64,000 nucleotides of DNA from an uncultured bacterium (GTDB lineage Bacteria; Abyssobacteria; SURF-5): the NCBI GenBank assembly GCA_964607485.1, contig CAZSKP010000003.1, positions 134,622 through 198,621 on the forward strand, given 5' to 3'. Position 1 is the first letter of the stretch. Every line of letters begins with the position of its first letter. Under the pieces are notes generated by a model. The model did no database searches and was not told the DNA's origin. It saw only the letters and a program-made list of their open reading frames with translations. The translations under genes and the position numbers were made by a program. Below are positions 28,548-37,150 of this stretch, one piece after another.

Positions 28548-29162
28548 TTGCTGGCGTGTTCCAGCAAGCTGACCCTCGCCTTCGAACACATGGGAGCTGT
28601 GTGTTTGGCAGACCTGTCAAGCGACAGGGCAGAAAAATTCCTGCTCTGGCTCGTTGAGAAGAAGAAGGCCTGGCGGGTGCTTCAGGGCAAGAGATTGGGA
28701 AGAGAGGTAAGCCTTGCAGAGCCGGTGTTCAACATGTCCCGGCATATACTCGAGCACTTCCGGAGGGACTGCCTCGCAGCAAGCATCCCGCTCAAAGACG
28801 ATTCGGGACGCATTGTGGACTTCCATTGCCTGCGTCACACCACCGCCAGCCTTCTGAGCAGAGCAAAGGTTGCGCCGCGAGCCGCGCAGGCGCGTCTGCG
28901 CCATTCCGACATCAGGCAGACCATGAAGACGTACACCCACCCGGAACTAGTCGACAGGACAGCGGCAGCGGAGACCTTTCCTGTTTTCACTATGGATAGA
29001 GAAGTTGAGAATGACGAAGTGAAACTTTCGCTAACATGTTTACTAACATATATGCTAAAGAAATCTGGCTCTGCGGGGCCGGAAAAGGCGGAGCCTGACA
29101 GAGAGAGACAGGCAAGGCCCTTTAGAAGAAGACCCGCAAATCCCTACAAAAAAGGCTTGTGA
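28548..29162 (+). pseudogene. Truncated tyrosine recombinase/integrase (C-terminal catalytic part)
   Basis: GRIVDFHCLRHT...AQARLRHSDIRQTMKTYTH (HxxR, H, Y); N-terminal domains and the first catalytic Arg region not recognisable. Confidence 0.85.
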
Positions 29163-29206
29163 CAGCGGCAACAAGCCACTTGCACAAGCCGGCATTCCTC
29201 ATATGT

Positions 29207-29282
29207 TGGTCGGGGCGACTGGATTTGAACCAGCGACCTCACGGTCCCGAACCGTGCGCGCTACCCCCTGCGCTACGCCCCG
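29207..29282 (-). tRNA. tRNA-Pro (anticodon CGG)
   Basis: CGGGGCG...CACGG-TTCGGGA-CCGTG...GCTGGTTCAAATCCAGT-CGCCCCG-ACCA cloverleaf, 76 nt, encoded CCA. Confidence 0.96.
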
Positions 29283-29310
29283 GCGTTTCAATTTCCCGCC
29301 TGCGTGTGCT

Positions 29311-29339
29311 ATTATAGCAACCGTGCGCCTGTTCGTCAA
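29311..29339 (-). promoter_or_regulatory. sigma70 promoter of tRNA-Pro
   Basis: TTGACG-N17-TATAAT on the minus strand. Confidence 0.7.
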
Positions 29340-29431
29340 CCGCGTAGCGACTGGCTCGTCCGTGCCGTCGCTCCGGCGGTAATCGGACGAAAACCTTCAA
29401 CGAAGCGCCGTCTCGGAAGCTGCGGTGACAG

Positions 29432-30127
29432 ATGAAAGCGTGCGCGATCATTCCGTGCTACAACGTCGGCGACCTGTGCGTGCCCGTGATAGAGCAGACG
29501 CGGAATTTCGTGGAGGGTATCATCGCCGTCGATGACGGCTCGACCGACGACACTCCCGCCCATCTGGCAAAAACGGGCGCGACGGTGCTCACTCACGAGC
29601 AAAACGCCGGCAAAGGCGCGGCGCTGCTGACGGCGTTTCGGCATTTTCTCGACAGCCCGGAGTGGAAGGACTACGACTCCGTTCTCACCATCGACGGCGA
29701 CGGTCAGCATAATCCGCAGGAGATCCGTCGCCTGCTCGACGCTTATGCCGCCGACCCCGGCTGCGTTGTGGTGGGCACGCGCGAGGTTGACCGGCCCGAC
29801 ATCAAGTTCCGCCGCCGCCTGGGCAACATCATCAGCCGCTACTTCATCTCGAAGGCGTGCGGTCAATACATCCCCGACACGCAGTCGGGCTTCAGGGTGT
29901 TCTCGCGGGAGGTGCTGCGCAAAATCATGCCCCGCCTTAGGCCCGGCCGCTACGAAATGGAGACGGCCTTTCTGATTCTCGCGGCCCGCTCGGGCCACCG
30001 GATAGCGCCGGTCAGCATCAGCACCATCTACACCGACGAGGCGGAGCGCGTCTCCTCGTTCGACCCCTACCTCGACACTTACCTCGTCTTCAAAGTCGTC
30101 GCCAAGAGCATCCTCTTCGGGAAATAG
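29432..30127 (+). CDS. Glycosyltransferase family 2 (DPM1-like)
   Basis: IIPCYN, VDDGSTD, NAGKGAA, DGDGQH, DTQSGFR. Confidence 0.92.
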   Translation: MKACAIIPCYNVGDLCVPVIEQTRNFVEGIIAVDDGSTDDTPAHLAKTGATVLTHEQNAGKGAALLTAFRHFLDSPEWKDYDSVLTIDGDGQHNPQEIRRLLDAYAADPGCVVVGTREVDRPDIKFRRRLGNIISRYFISKACGQYIPDTQSGFRVFSREVLRKIMPRLRPGRYEMETAFLILAARSGHRIAPVSISTIYTDEAERVSSFDPYLDTYLVFKVVAKSILFGK

Positions 30128-30164
30128 GGATCGATTGGAACGAGAGGTGCCCAAGTGGTTCCGA

Positions 30165-30268
30165 GTCATTGCGAGGGAGACTCATGGACTCGACCGAAGC
30201 AATCTCGGAGGCGTTTCCCCCATGCCATCGGGATTGCTTCGTCGCTCTGCTCCTCGCAATGACGAGGC
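30165..30268. repeat. REP-like palindrome, family B (GTCATTGCGAG...CTCGCAATGAC)
   Basis: Inverted arms; right arm is the exact reverse complement of 33541-33574. Confidence 0.78.
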
Positions 30269-30304
30269 CGAGTTCGCTGAGGTCATCGCTGAGGTTACAT
30301 CGCT

Positions 30305-30354
30305 GGGACCAGGTCTCGCAATGCGGCATTTGTTATGATGTGAGACCTGACCCC
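30305..30354. repeat. REP-like hairpin, family C (GG..CAGGTCT...AGACCTGACCCC)
   Basis: GGGACCAGGTCTCGCA ... TGTGAGACCTGACCCC; related arms at 17811, 33283, 33460 and 33652. Confidence 0.65.
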
Positions 30355-30362
30355 ATTCTCAC

Positions 30363-31418
30363 CTAAAGCTCTTCCTTGTACTTCCTGTAGAGGCCGCGGA
30401 ACTGATGATATGTGAGCCCAAGAACGCGCGCGGCTTTCTTCTGGTTGAACTTGGCGTCTTTGAGGGCTGTCCGCAAAAAATCCAGTTCCAGTTCGTGAAC
30501 GACATCGGCCAATGGTTTGTCGATTCGCTTCCTTGGTGATGAACCGCCTTCGGACACCGTCGCTTTCTTCTCTCCTGCTCCTTCGGGGACAGTCTTTTCC
30601 CTGTACGGCGAGCGGAAAGGATCGAAGTCAATATCGGTGACCAGCGGCGAATCGGAACGATAGACGGCGCGCTCGACGACGTTTTTCAGTTCGCGTACAT
30701 TCCCCGGCCAGGAGTAGCCTTCGAGCGCATCCATGGCCTCGTCGCTGAATTCGGGAACCTCCTCGCGTCCCATCTCATATGACATCCGGGCCGCGAAATG
30801 GTTCGCGAGCAGCATGATGTCCTCCCTGCGCTCTCGCAACGGCGGCAGAAAGAGCACCTCGAATGATAGCCGGTCAAGCAGGTCGCGCTTGAATTTGCCC
30901 TCGGCCATCAGGGTCGGCAGGTCCGCGTTCGTGGCCCCGATAATCCGCACGTCCACTCGTATCGGCTGCGAGCTGCCCACCTGCTCAAAGGTTCCGTATT
31001 CCACCACGCGCAGTATCTTTTCCTGCACCTCTATCGGGATGATTCCAATTTCATCGAGAAACAAGGTGCCGCCGTCGGCGGTCTCGAATCTGCCTTTCCG
31101 ACGTCTCGTTGCGCCGGTGAATGCCCCCTCCTCATGACCGAACAATTCAGACTCGATGAGCGTCGGCGCGAGCGCCGCGCAGTTAAGCGCAACCAGCGGC
31201 CCCTGCCACCGGCCGGAGAGGTAGTGCAGCTTTGAAACGGCCAGTTCCTTGCCCGTTCCCCGCTCCCCTATGAGAAGCACGGGTCGGTCAACCTGGGCAA
31301 CGCGGGACAGGCGCTCCTTAAATTCGAGGAATATCTCCGACCGCCCCAGTGCCTCTCCCACAGGCACATGCTGACCCGGAGCGGGCTTCTCTTCACCAGT
31401 TTTCCTTGCGCCATTCAT
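30363..31418 (-). CDS. pspF: Phage shock protein operon activator (sigma54 EBP)
   Basis: GERGTGKE, GAFTGA, LFLDE, WPGNVREL, C-terminal HTH YHQFRGL; no N-terminal sensor; divergent from pspA. Confidence 0.93.
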   Translation of the reverse strand: MNGARKTGEEKPAPGQHVPVGEALGRSEIFLEFKERLSRVAQVDRPVLLIGERGTGKELAVSKLHYLSGRWQGPLVALNCAALAPTLIESELFGHEEGAFTGATRRRKGRFETADGGTLFLDEIGIIPIEVQEKILRVVEYGTFEQVGSSQPIRVDVRIIGATNADLPTLMAEGKFKRDLLDRLSFEVLFLPPLRERREDIMLLANHFAARMSYEMGREEVPEFSDEAMDALEGYSWPGNVRELKNVVERAVYRSDSPLVTDIDFDPFRSPYREKTVPEGAGEKKATVSEGGSSPRKRIDKPLADVVHELELDFLRTALKDAKFNQKKAARVLGLTYHQFRGLYRKYKEEL

Positions 31419-31473
31419 GGTATTATTTCCTAAATAATAGTCTATTCTACTACTATTTGCTAAATTATACCAT
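31419..31473. promoter_or_regulatory. Candidate PspF upstream activator sites
   Basis: AT-rich imperfect inverted pair TGGTATTATTTCCTAA / TTGCTAAATTATACCA, 70-120 bp upstream of the -24/-12 site. Confidence 0.5.
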
Positions 31474-31538
31474 AATGATTTTTCTTTGTCAAGTCCATAA
31501 GCTATTTAAGAAAAAGAGCTTACATATCCCCGCCGATT

Positions 31539-31555
31539 TTGGCATGCCTTGTGCT
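31539..31555 (+). promoter_or_regulatory. sigma54 promoter of pspA
   Basis: TTGGCATGCCTTGTGCT, GG-N10-GC. Confidence 0.8.
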
Positions 31556-31594
31556 TAATAGCCCGCCAAGGATGAACGAAACGGAGGAGACATC

Positions 31595-32272
31595 ATGGGA
31601 ATATTCACGAGGTTTCGAGATATCATAAGCTCCAACATCAACGCGATGCTGGACAAGGCGGAGGACCCGGAGAAGCTCATCAGGCTCATGATTCAGGAGA
31701 TGGAGGATACGCTCGTCGAAATCAGGGCCTCATGCGCCGACGCCATGGCAACAAAAAAGAGGGTTCAGCGCGCACAGGAAGGAGCGCGAGCACGCGCAAA
31801 GGACTGGGGCGAGCGCGCGCAGCTCGCGGTTGACAAAGGCCGCGAAGACCTGGCCCGCGAGGCACTCATCGAGAGACGCAACTACCAGGAGCATGCAGAC
31901 GCCATGGAGGGTGAGCTGAAACAGTGCGATGCTCTCATCTATCAATACCAGGCAGATATCGTACAGCTCGAAAATAAGCTGCGTTCGGCTCGCGAGAAGC
32001 AGCGTGTTCTTGTCCAACGTCACCTGCATGCTCGCAACAAGAAACGGGCCCAGTTGGATATTCGCAAGGTCGAGACCTCAGACGCGTTCATCCGCTTCGA
32101 CCAGTTCGAGAACCGAATCGAGCGGATGGAGGCCGAGGCAGACCTCGTTAACTACGGCCGCAGGCCCACGTTGGAAGATGAGATCAACTCGCTCAGAACC
32201 GACGAAGAGATCGAGAACGAATTGCAGAACCTCAAAGCTTCTACGGAAAAGAAACCCGAGGAAAAGTCATAA
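31595..32272 (+). CDS. pspA: Phage shock protein A
   Basis: MGIFTRFRDIISSNINAMLDKAEDPEKLIRLMIQEMEDTLVE. Confidence 0.96.
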   Translation: MGIFTRFRDIISSNINAMLDKAEDPEKLIRLMIQEMEDTLVEIRASCADAMATKKRVQRAQEGARARAKDWGERAQLAVDKGREDLAREALIERRNYQEHADAMEGELKQCDALIYQYQADIVQLENKLRSAREKQRVLVQRHLHARNKKRAQLDIRKVETSDAFIRFDQFENRIERMEAEADLVNYGRRPTLEDEINSLRTDEEIENELQNLKASTEKKPEEKS

Positions 32273-32340
32273 TACCACAGCAGGCAGCGTGCCTCGCCCG
32301 GTTGCGCCCGGCGCGCCGGCGAACGACGGGAACAGACGCC

Positions 32341-32595
32341 ATGAAGAAACAAATCGATCCCTCAAATCCGGTAAACCTTGATTCCGGACAGCGCAAACAG
32401 TTAACATATATTATCGAGAGCCTGAGAAAGAATATCCGGACGCCGAAGAAGAGGAGCGAAGGGGAAACGAATCCCCCAAGAAAAGAGAGCGAGCGAGAAC
32501 ATGCTTCCCGCGGCAGTCGGCCTTCGGCGTCGGACCGACACGCGACAGCGGTTGACCGGAATCTGTCGGTGATCGCCGAAAAAATTCCTGCTTAA
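32341..32595 (+). CDS. Possible small basic hypothetical protein between pspA and pspB
   Basis: 84-aa open frame filling the gap; weak RBS. Confidence 0.35.
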   Translation: MKKQIDPSNPVNLDSGQRKQLTYIIESLRKNIRTPKKRSEGETNPPRKESEREHASRGSRPSASDRHATAVDRNLSVIAEKIPA

Positions 32596-32616
32596 ACCCA
32601 AACGGGAGCCCTGGAC

Positions 32617-32883
32617 ATGACAGCCGTGCTCATCGTAGCAATTGTATTTGGTTCGATTATCACGTTCTTTATGATAATCTTCGGATTCGTCCTGGCAATG
32701 AAAAAAATACAGATAGGTGGTTCGATGCGCGACAGTGGACGACTCAGCGAGAAGGAAACACGCCTCATACAAGAGATCCATCAGGGGCTGACAAAGATGG
32801 AAGAGCGTGTCGATGCTTTGGAGATGATCCTGTCCGACCGTGAAGAGAAGAAAAAGGAAAGGAAAGTGACGGACGATGCGTAG
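32617..32883 (+). CDS. pspB: PspB-like membrane protein
   Basis: N-terminal TM, then ...LTKMEERVDALEMIL; position in the psp operon. Confidence 0.78.
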   Translation: MTAVLIVAIVFGSIITFFMIIFGFVLAMKKIQIGGSMRDSGRLSEKETRLIQEIHQGLTKMEERVDALEMILSDREEKKKERKVTDDA

Positions 32884-33262
32884 ATACGAAAAACTGCGTG
32901 GCGGCATCTATCGTTCGCGCAATGGCATCATATTCGGCGTCTGCAAGGGTCTGGCGGACCATTTCGATGTCTCCGTATTCTGGACGAGAATCGTAGCCGT
33001 CGCATTGTTGGTATTCACGGGATTCTGGCCGATAGGCATTCTCTATATCGTGGCGGCGCTTCTCATGAAGCCCGAGCCGGTGCTTCCGCTCGAGACCGAG
33101 GAGGCGCAGGAATTCTACAATTCCTATGTGTCGTCGAGCAACCTTGCGCTGCATCGCCTGAAGCGCACGTTCGACAATCTCGACCGCCGCATCCAGCGCA
33201 TCGAAAGCACCGTCACGGCACGCGAGTATGAATGGGACCGCCGACTGAACGAAGGCGCTTGA
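32876..33262 (+). CDS. pspC: Phage shock protein C
   Basis: IYRSRNGIIFGVCKGLADHFD...RRIQRIESTVT. Confidence 0.92.
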   Translation: MRRYEKLRGGIYRSRNGIIFGVCKGLADHFDVSVFWTRIVAVALLVFTGFWPIGILYIVAALLMKPEPVLPLETEEAQEFYNSYVSSSNLALHRLKRTFDNLDRRIQRIESTVTAREYEWDRRLNEGA

Positions 33263-33332
33263 AGAATCCGAGAATCCGAAGAGGGGTCAGGTCTCGCCGG
33301 CCTGTTGCCGAAACCAATCAGGACGTTCTTTT

Positions 33333-33422
33333 TTGTAGGGGCAGGCCCCCGTGCCTGCCCAATTGAAGACCAACCACGCCGTTTCCCCCGCCTTGGGCAG
33401 GCACGGGGGCCTGCCCCTACAA
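33333..33422. repeat. GTAG-type REP doublet (REPIN-like)
   Basis: Perfect 30-bp inverted repeat TTGTAGGGGCAGGCCCCCGTGCCTGCCCAA with a 30-bp spacer. Confidence 0.85.
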
Positions 33423-33540
33423 GAAGATGCGGTCGATTCTCATTTGGGCAAAGCAGGAAGGAGTCAGGTCCTGCAGTTCCACATTTGCTGTAATGTATCG
33501 GCGTGCTGCCCAAGAGATTCTTCGCCAACAGCGTTCTCCT

Positions 33541-33618
33541 GCCTCGTCATTGCGAGGAGCAGAGCGACGAAGCATGAGATCCTTCACTCGGGCCTGCGGC
33601 CCTTCGTTCAGGATGACA
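33541..33618. repeat. Chimeric REP-like element (family B left arm, family A right arm)
   Basis: Left arm is the reverse complement of 30235-30268; right arm matches 8330-8375 with one mismatch. Confidence 0.8.
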
Positions 33619-33675
33619 TAAGTGATGAGTGTTTCATGCTCTCCGGAGCATATTGCAGGAACTGACGCCAGGCAG

Positions 33676-34524
33676 CTATGCCAGCAGGTCGAGCAGGATG
33701 CCGGTGCGTTGATTGGAAATGTTCTGGGCGAGGATGCCGGCCTGCAGACGAATGCGGGAGAGAACCGACTCACCCGAGGTGCTCGCGAAGTTGGTGTCGC
33801 GGATAGTCGAGTCGGAAGCGAGAAGATTTTCGCGGTTAAGCTGAAGATTGCGGACGGCGGATTCGAGCACGTTTTTCTGAAACGCGCCGAGGTCGCCCCG
33901 TACGCGGGAGACGTCGTTGATGGCGGCGTCCACGACCGCGAGCGCATCGGCAGCGCCCTGCGGAGTTCGGACGTCGATATCGGCGAGGCTCTCGAAACCA
34001 CTCACGTTTTCGACGCCCCGGCCAAGCTCGCCGGCCGCAAGGCTGGGGATGGTGAGCCGCGCGGGCTCGCCCTCGCCCACCACGAACTGCTCATCGCGAA
34101 ACGTCCCATCCAATAGCGGCCTGTTCGCAAATTGCGTCGTCTGCGCGATTCGGTTGATGCTCTCGGTCGCGTTGGCTATCTGGTCCTGAATGGCCTGCAG
34201 GCCGGTTTCTCCCAACACCGCAGTGTTGCCGGCCTGAACCGCCAGGCCGCGTATTTCCGAAAGCTGCGTGTTGACCTCGGCCAGCGCCCCCTCGGCGGTC
34301 TGCACCAGATTGACGGCGCGCGATGCGTTCGTCGTCATCGCGCCCAGGCCGGCGATGCGCCCCCTCAACTGCTCGGAGATGGCAAGGCCCGCCGGGTCGT
34401 CCGCCGCAGAATTCAGCTTGAGCGCTGACGAAAGTTTTTCGAGCTGCGTTTGCAATTCCGCCTGCTGGAGCAAAATGCTGCGCTGCGCGGCCAGCGGCGT
34501 CGAAGAACCGATTCTCAGGCCCAA
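33676..34524 (-). CDS. Orphan minimal flagellin (D0/D1 only)
   Basis: EKLSSALKLNSAADDPAGLAISE...QTAEGAL; RGDLGAFQ...ENLLASDSTIRDTNFA; TTG start with AAGGAG RBS. Confidence 0.9.
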   Translation of the reverse strand: MGLRIGSSTPLAAQRSILLQQAELQTQLEKLSSALKLNSAADDPAGLAISEQLRGRIAGLGAMTTNASRAVNLVQTAEGALAEVNTQLSEIRGLAVQAGNTAVLGETGLQAIQDQIANATESINRIAQTTQFANRPLLDGTFRDEQFVVGEGEPARLTIPSLAAGELGRGVENVSGFESLADIDVRTPQGAADALAVVDAAINDVSRVRGDLGAFQKNVLESAVRNLQLNRENLLASDSTIRDTNFASTSGESVLSRIRLQAGILAQNISNQRTGILLDLLA

Positions 34525-34568
34525 AAAACGCTCTCCTTATCCCCTGTATTCGCGGTAAACTTTCTAAA

Positions 34569-34597
34569 ATTATACCATGCGCTCACGAAACCGTCAA
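34569..34597 (-). promoter_or_regulatory. sigma70-type promoter upstream of flagellin
   Basis: TTGACG-N17-TATAAT with TG extended -10. Confidence 0.7.
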
Positions 34598-34654
34598 CGA
34601 ATTCGCGGCGTGAAATTGTCCTCCTTCTTGCTTTATCAGCCATTACGTGGCGAA

Positions 34655-34711
34655 GGGGACTGTCCCAGAATTACGGACGCGAAGCGTCGTAGATTCGGGA
34701 CTGTCCCAGAA
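34655..34711. repeat. GGGACTGTCCC-type REP-like element
   Basis: Two GGGACTGTCCCAGAA copies around the hairpin GACGCGAAGCGTC. Confidence 0.65.
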
Positions 34712-34764
34712 GCGTGTACAAGCACAAATTCTATTAAGCAACTCTGAACTCGGAACCCTGGGCC

Positions 34765-35685
34765 CTAAACTTTGGACTCGTGCACGGCATAGAATCCGAC
34801 CCATTCGCCGTCCTGCAGAGTCTTCTCAAAGCGCCAACCGCGGAGCCGCATTTCGCGCTTGAATTCCACGGCAGATTTCGCAGTGAGTCCCGAGGCGATA
34901 AGCCTCTTGCCGTCGAGCACGCGCGTGATGCCGGAAACGAGCGGCAGCATCTCGTGACCGAGCATATTGCAGATGCCGAGGTCGAATGCTCTGCGAAGTT
35001 GCCGCGAGCCAAACCGCTCGCAAAGAATCTCGACTTTTGAGAGCACCCGGTTGAACCTGCAATTTTCCGTGGCGTTCTCGATGGCCTGCTCGTCCATCTC
35101 GACCGCGACAACCTTTCGCGCGCCGAGCTTGACGGCGGCGATGGCGAGTATGCCGCTTCCCGAGCCGATGTCGAGCACGCGCGCGCCTTCGGCCATGCAG
35201 CGCTCGATCAGCTTCAAACATATCTGAGTCGTGGGATGAGCGCCCGTGCCGAACGCCATCCGGGGATAAATGTAGATGACGGTTTGGCCGGGCGAAGCGG
35301 GGAACTTCTCCCACGAAGGACAGACGACGAGCCGCTCGGTGACCCTCACTGGTTTCCAGTTTCGCCGCCACTCCTCCGCCCAGTCTTCCTCGGGCACGGT
35401 CTCGATGGCGCCCAACCGCAGCCTGCGAGCGCTGGTGGCCGGGCCGCCCGCGGCCGAGATCAGCTCCGCGATGATTTCAAGGTGCGCTTTGAGCGCGGCG
35501 GGCTCTATTGCGTCGTCGAAATAGGCGTCGAGGTGCTCGCGTCCTTTCCCCTCGTCCTCCGATTGGATTCCGCAGCAGTGAAACGACTGGATTGCGCGGC
35601 GGACCATGTCGGCGTCGTCCTTCGCGACCGACATGGTGACCTTGTGCCAGATTTTGCCGGTCGCTTTGTGGTCGGCCTTCTTCAT
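34765..35685 (-). CDS. prmA: Ribosomal protein L11 methyltransferase
   Basis: EEDWAEEW, PRMAFGTGAHPTT, VLDIGSGSGILAIAA. Confidence 0.93.
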   Translation of the reverse strand: MKKADHKATGKIWHKVTMSVAKDDADMVRRAIQSFHCCGIQSEDEGKGREHLDAYFDDAIEPAALKAHLEIIAELISAAGGPATSARRLRLGAIETVPEEDWAEEWRRNWKPVRVTERLVVCPSWEKFPASPGQTVIYIYPRMAFGTGAHPTTQICLKLIERCMAEGARVLDIGSGSGILAIAAVKLGARKVVAVEMDEQAIENATENCRFNRVLSKVEILCERFGSRQLRRAFDLGICNMLGHEMLPLVSGITRVLDGKRLIASGLTAKSAVEFKREMRLRGWRFEKTLQDGEWVGFYAVHESKV

Positions 35686-35801
35686 CGCTTTTTAGTATAG
35701 CATCCTTGGCCGCCGGGACAAAGGATGTTGGCGGCCGCGCAATTTCGGGCCGGCAAGAAGAAGCCTGTAAGGGGTAAATAACGAATCCATAGCGAATCCA
35801 C

Positions 35802-35855
35802 TTGACAAGGTGCCGTACCGGCGGTATAATAACTGTACTAATACAAATAGTACAG
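35802..35855 (+). promoter_or_regulatory. sigma70 promoter plus YtrA-type operator
   Basis: TTGACA-N17-TATAAT followed by the palindrome CTGTACTA-ATACAAA-TAGTACAG. Confidence 0.85.
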
Positions 35856-35869
35856 CACGAGAACGAGTC

Positions 35870-36262
35870 ATGCTGCCGAAAATCGACCCTGCAAAGAGTG
35901 AGCCTATCTACATCCAGTTTATGAATGGAATCAAGTACTTCGTCGCCACGGGCATGCTGGCGCCGGGCGAGGCGTTGCCGTCGGTCAGGGAAATGGCGGT
36001 CAAGTTGAGAATAAATCCGAACACGGTCGCGCGTGCGTACCGGGCGCTGGAGCGCGAAGGTGTAGTCGTAACCATTCGCGGCAAGGGCGTTTACGTTTCC
36101 GACGCGCCCCGTCGTTCCGACAGGGAGCGCGCTCTGTTGAAACTCACGGAAACGCTCGACGGAATATTGGTGGAGGCATTCCATAAAGGAATCACAGCCG
36201 ATGAAGTGCAACAGTTGCTGAAGGGGAGGATCGAAGACCTGAAGAAGAAGAGGGAGGAGTAG
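35870..36262 (+). CDS. GntR family regulator, YtrA subfamily
   Basis: PIYIQ...LPSVREMA..LRINPNTVARAYRALEREG...RGKG. Confidence 0.93.
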   Translation: MLPKIDPAKSEPIYIQFMNGIKYFVATGMLAPGEALPSVREMAVKLRINPNTVARAYRALEREGVVVTIRGKGVYVSDAPRRSDRERALLKLTETLDGILVEAFHKGITADEVQQLLKGRIEDLKKKREE

Positions 36263-37150
36263 ATGGAATACGCCATCGAAACCCAAGCGCTGACGAAACG
36301 ATTCCGGAGGCTCGTCGCCGTAAACGAAATCGACCTGCGGGTGCCGTGGGGGAGCGTGTACGGATTCCTCGGCCGCAACGGCGCGGGCAAGACAACGACG
36401 ATTCTCATGCTGCTCGGCCTTCTCCGGCCAACGTCCGGCGGCGCGACGGTGCTTGGATATTCATCGAAGGTCGAGCCAGTGAGAATCCGGGCAGAGGTCG
36501 GCTACGTGCCGGAAAAGCAGACGGCGTATGACTGGATGACGGTAAGGGAACTCCTCTGGTTCACGGGCAAGTTCTACAAGACCTGGAACCAGAAGCTCGC
36601 CGAGGAACTCGTCGAGAGGTTCGGACTCGACCCGAACAGAAAGCTCAAGCATCTCTCGCGCGGCATGGTCGCTGAAGTCTTTCTGATACTCGCGCTCGCG
36701 CCCGAGCCGAGGCTGCTGATACTCGACGACCCCACATCGGGCATGGACCCGGTTGTGCGCCGCGAGTTCCTTGAGAACGTGGTGGACATAGTGCGGGACC
36801 GCAAGCGCACCGTGTTCTTCTCCTCTCACATCCTCTCCGATATCGAGCGCGTGGCCGACTGGGTCGGCATTTTGAAAGACGGCCGCCTGCTCATCCAGAG
36901 CGAAGTGGACAAGCTGAAGCTCAGGATGCGAAAGGTCATCGCCAGGTTCGAGGCTGAGCCGCCGCGCGAATTGACGTTCGGCGGGCCGCTGTCGGTGCGG
37001 AGGGACGGGACCACGCTGGAAGTGGTCTTCTCACAGTACGAGAACGACATCCCGGACCGGCTGAGAGGACTGGGGGCCACCGCGGTCGAGGTGATAGACC
37101 TGTCGCTCGACGACATATTCGTGGAACACCTAGGGCCGGAGAAATCGTGA
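36263..37150 (+). CDS. ABC transporter ATP-binding protein (YtrB-like)
   Basis: GRNGAGKTT, LSRGM, LILDDPTSG, FSSH. Confidence 0.93.
   Translation: MEYAIETQALTKRFRRLVAVNEIDLRVPWGSVYGFLGRNGAGKTTTILMLLGLLRPTSGGATVLGYSSKVEPVRIRAEVGYVPEKQTAYDWMTVRELLWFTGKFYKTWNQKLAEELVERFGLDPNRKLKHLSRGMVAEVFLILALAPEPRLLILDDPTSGMDPVVRREFLENVVDIVRDRKRTVFFSSHILSDIERVADWVGILKDGRLLIQSEVDKLKLRMRKVIARFEAEPPRELTFGGPLSVRRDGTTLEVVFSQYENDIPDRLRGLGATAVEVIDLSLDDIFVEHLGPEKS

Larger units (their letters stand above)
17213..29238. mobile_element. tRNA-Pro-integrated genomic island (~12 kb), integrase truncated
   Basis: 32-bp direct repeat of the tRNA 3' end, tyrosine-recombinase remnant next to the tRNA, catabolic cargo. Confidence 0.88.

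Noticed and set aside
33676-34524. Prophage flagellin / TnpB-derived (TldR) flagellin-switch system
   Set aside because: No TnpB-like gene, csrA or prophage genes are adjacent.
33283-34711. CRISPR array
   Set aside because: The repeats are inverted palindromes of different families, with no regular repeat-spacer periodicity and no cas genes.
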